NCBI RefSeq assembly: GCF_037975245.1
Contig: NC_092564.1
Coordinates: 11,359,891-11,423,890 of the forward strand
Reading direction: 5' to 3'
DNA length: 64,000 bases
Origin: Apostichopus japonicus
Lineage: Eukaryota
The position numbers were made by a program, and so were the translations under genes. Positions 61,630-64,000 of this stretch are shown in pieces; positions within the stretch are counted from its first letter, which is position 1, and each line of letters starts with the position of its first letter. The notes below the pieces were generated by a model. The model was not told the origin of the DNA and made no database searches. It was given only the letters and a program-made list of their open reading frames with translations.

Positions 61630-61971
61630 GTGAGTTAATGAACATACTTTTCTTAGAATGCTATTCTCTTTTCTTGGAAAGGATTATTTGACCAAAAGTT
61701 TACAATGTTGTCCTGAAGTTGAAATCCCTTAAGAAGTGAAAAAGAAGTGTTTTTTTGTCAGATTTTCTTTAGTGGGAAAAGAACAAAGAAATAAAATTTG
61801 CATTCCTTTGCTCTCCCATGGTTTAAAACTTCCCAGTCAGTATCCCATGTTGTTTTTTACTAGTTTCTTAGTGTATTTTATGAGCATTATCTTGAGATTA
61901 AGACAAGAATAACGATGAGATCAAATCAAACCGTTCGTAATCTTTTACCAGTATTTTGTGTTCTTTTGCAG

Positions 61972-62088
61972 ACTACCCAGGAAAGATGCTAAGAATGTTC
62001 TAATAACCAGCGCTCTGCCATATGTCAACAATATTCCTCATCTCGGAAATATAGTTGGCTGTGTTCTGAGTGCCGATGTCTTCTCCAG
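61972..62088 (+). CDS. MARS1: MetRS exon 7 (catalytic-domain start, HIGH-type motif 'PHLGN')
   Basis: Acceptor 'cttttgcag|A' and donor 'CCAG|gtatgt'. Translates as '[38 protein letters not shown]', matching human '[33 protein letters not shown]'. Confidence 0.93.
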
Positions 62089-62575
62089 GTATGTGGTTGG
62101 TCAAGTGGTTCAGTTTGTTTTCATGTATGGCATTTCCTTAGCTCAACTGAATTGGAAAGAGACCTGGATTTGATTTTGTGATGAATAATTGTAATGTCAT
62201 GATTGCAACAGTTTTAAATTTGATAAATATGGCAAATGTTATTGTCAAATATGTAAGATTACAACTTTGTGTGAGTTCAGCATCTAACGCTCCTTCAGTG
62301 TTTATATTTGTAATTTTGGATCTATACTAATCAAAGTTCTTTGGGATGCCGAGACATTTGTGGAGGTTAAAAGACAATTCTGAATAATTTACCAAGATAT
62401 TTCGAACACTATATGAAGACTAGTGAATGATTTCCAGATGTTGTAATTAATATAAAAAGAAGTACCTTTACAATTTTAGCCTTCATAAGCATCACATTTT
62501 AAGCTATCTTAAATTATGCATCTAGCTTTCCATTGAACTTTAGCATAAGAAGTTGTTGATCTGTTACTGCCATAG

Positions 62576-62779
62576 GTTCTGCAGGATTCGTAACTACAAT
62601 GTCCTATACATCTGTGGTACTGACGAATATGGTACTGCGACAGAGACCAAAGCCCTGGAAGAAGGCCTGACTCCTCAACAGATATGTGACAAGTACTTCA
62701 AACTACACGACCATGTGTACAGGTGGTTCAACATCGACTGTGACCACTTTGGCCGAACTACCACGCCGCAACAAACAAA
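62576..62779 (+). CDS. MARS1: MetRS exon 8
   Basis: Acceptor 'gccatag|G' and donor 'CAAA|gtaaga'. Translates as '[68 protein letters not shown]', matching human '[65 protein letters not shown]'. Confidence 0.95.
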
Positions 62780-63390
62780 GTAAGACAAACACCACGATCA
62801 TGAAAGTTCTGATATTTGAAGCTTACAGTTCACAGAACTTTAGGTCTTTACATAAATGCAACCGTCAAGCAAAGATTCAGTTCAGCTGAGTTCACTGTCC
62901 CTTTGATCTATGTATCATGTGATACCCTCAGCTAATTATGTACTTTTACTCTCCCCGATAGTCAGCTTTCTACATTTATGTTCCATCCTCAATGACCTCC
63001 TCACTAAAGGCATCCTCATCATCAAATTCATGCTAACCGTGATTCGCTAACATGATAGTAGACTCACACGTCTCCTACGACAGCATAGATGTTGGAGACG
63101 CCTTTGTCGTTTGCCATCAATTAAAAAAAAATGGCAATTGAGATTACCCTCCTTCTTTCAGTGTTTCTTCTTTGTTTTCAATTATTGCTGTCAATAAAAA
63201 CATTTTCCAGAGTACATTGATGACAAATAAGGAGTAGTTTGCGAATAGTGTTTTATACACATTGCCTACCATAGAACGAATTAATTGGTACCTCCAAAAA
63301 GGATCCTACAAATGAAATAAATTTTGATGTTAAATTTACTGTTACATTCTTAACTAACTTTGACAAGTTTTTACTCTTTTTCTTCTCTAG

Positions 63391-63592
63391 AATTGCTCAA
63401 GACATTTTCTGGGGACTTCACAAAGAGCAGCACTTACTAGAGCAGAAGGTCGAACAGCTGAAATGTGAAGATTGTGACCGATTCTTGGCAGACAGATTCG
63501 TGGAGGGGACGTGTCCCTTGTGTAACTATGACGATGCAAGAGGTGATCAATGCGATAAATGTGGGAAGCTCATTAATGCAACAGATCTCAAG
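63391..63592 (+). CDS. MARS1: MetRS exon 9 (zinc-knuckle connective peptide). The gene continues beyond the window.
   Basis: Acceptor 'cttctctag|A' and donor 'CAAG|gtaagt'. Translates as '[68 protein letters not shown]', matching human '[68 protein letters not shown]'. Confidence 0.95.
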
Positions 63593-64000
63593 GTAAGTTT
63601 TCACATTTCATTATGCACCATATATCTACTATTAAACTATGCTAACTGATTATTTCTCTTTAGTAGGAGTGCTTTCAGGCTGGTTTGGGTCCTTTCATTA
63701 GGTTTATCTCAAATTAAAGACAGTGTGTGGGTTACTGAGAATGGGTCCTGGGCGATATGGGCATACCATTTAGTGGAGAAATAAAATTCCAAAAGAGGTG
63801 TTCAAAGTTGCTAATTAAATTTGGCAGTTATAAAACCTGATAAAGAAAGCTGCAAGCTCAGACAGGATGTTATGAAAGGGTGCCCTCAATATCTCTGTCA
63901 ATTCTATCACTATGCCATGAAGTCACTTCTAATACCAGCTACAGCTTGTATAATATATAGTATATAATATATATAATATAGTATATATACCTTGTATAAA

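Overview
This is eukaryotic genomic DNA, not prokaryotic. It is AT-rich and dense in repeats, and has spliced genes with GT-AG introns, many microsatellites, many G/C homopolymers, and MITE, SINE and LINE debris. It looks like a marine invertebrate metazoan, possibly an echinoderm, but that guess rests on nothing testable here.

Two spliced protein-coding genes are supported:
- The 5' half of a methionyl-tRNA synthetase gene (MARS1-like) lies on the + strand. Nine coding exons run from 57020 to 63592, all with GT-AG introns and consistent phase, and the gene continues past the window. Its N-terminal GST-like domain is present.
- An uncharacterised gene of about 590 codons lies on the - strand, running from 50325 down to roughly 34907 in 10-11 exons. 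It has an N-terminal signal peptide, six cysteines, several coiled-coil exons and a C-proximal transmembrane hairpin. Exon phases are consistent across all junctions, which supports a real gene. Its repeat-filled introns carry three different satellites.
- A 1.3-kb intronless ORF of 433 aa, Ser/Arg-rich and disordered, sits at 13196-14497.

The window is a graveyard of non-autonomous DNA transposons:
- A 4.5-kb Foldback-type element (30-4564) has about 1.1-kb inverted arms built of roughly 144-bp CpG-rich subrepeats, palindromic termini and a perfect 9-10-bp target-site duplication (TSD). Nested inside it is a small hairpin element that recurs at 26.2 kb.
- A family of hAT-like MITEs with 'CA(G/T)(G/T)GGCG' termini and GGGGAGGGG/CCCCTCCCC internal hairpins has three complete copies. 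Two have perfect 8-bp TSDs, and there are several fragments.
- A C-terminal hAT transposase remnant lies at 9084-9635.
- A 0.5-kb foldback MITE has arms made of 23-bp subrepeats.
- Other debris includes a MITE with an AACGTT-rich core, a roughly 95-bp dispersed repeat with five copies, and a tRNA-related roughly 155-bp SINE-like repeat whose inverted copies bracket the first exon of the - strand gene.
- A 5'-truncated LINE is followed directly by a six-unit tandem array of a tRNA-like roughly 162-bp unit.

Other features are a roughly 130-nt pure polypurine tract, an (AT)n tract of about 165 nt, and a roughly 0.9-kb tandem duplication just upstream of the MARS1 start codon.
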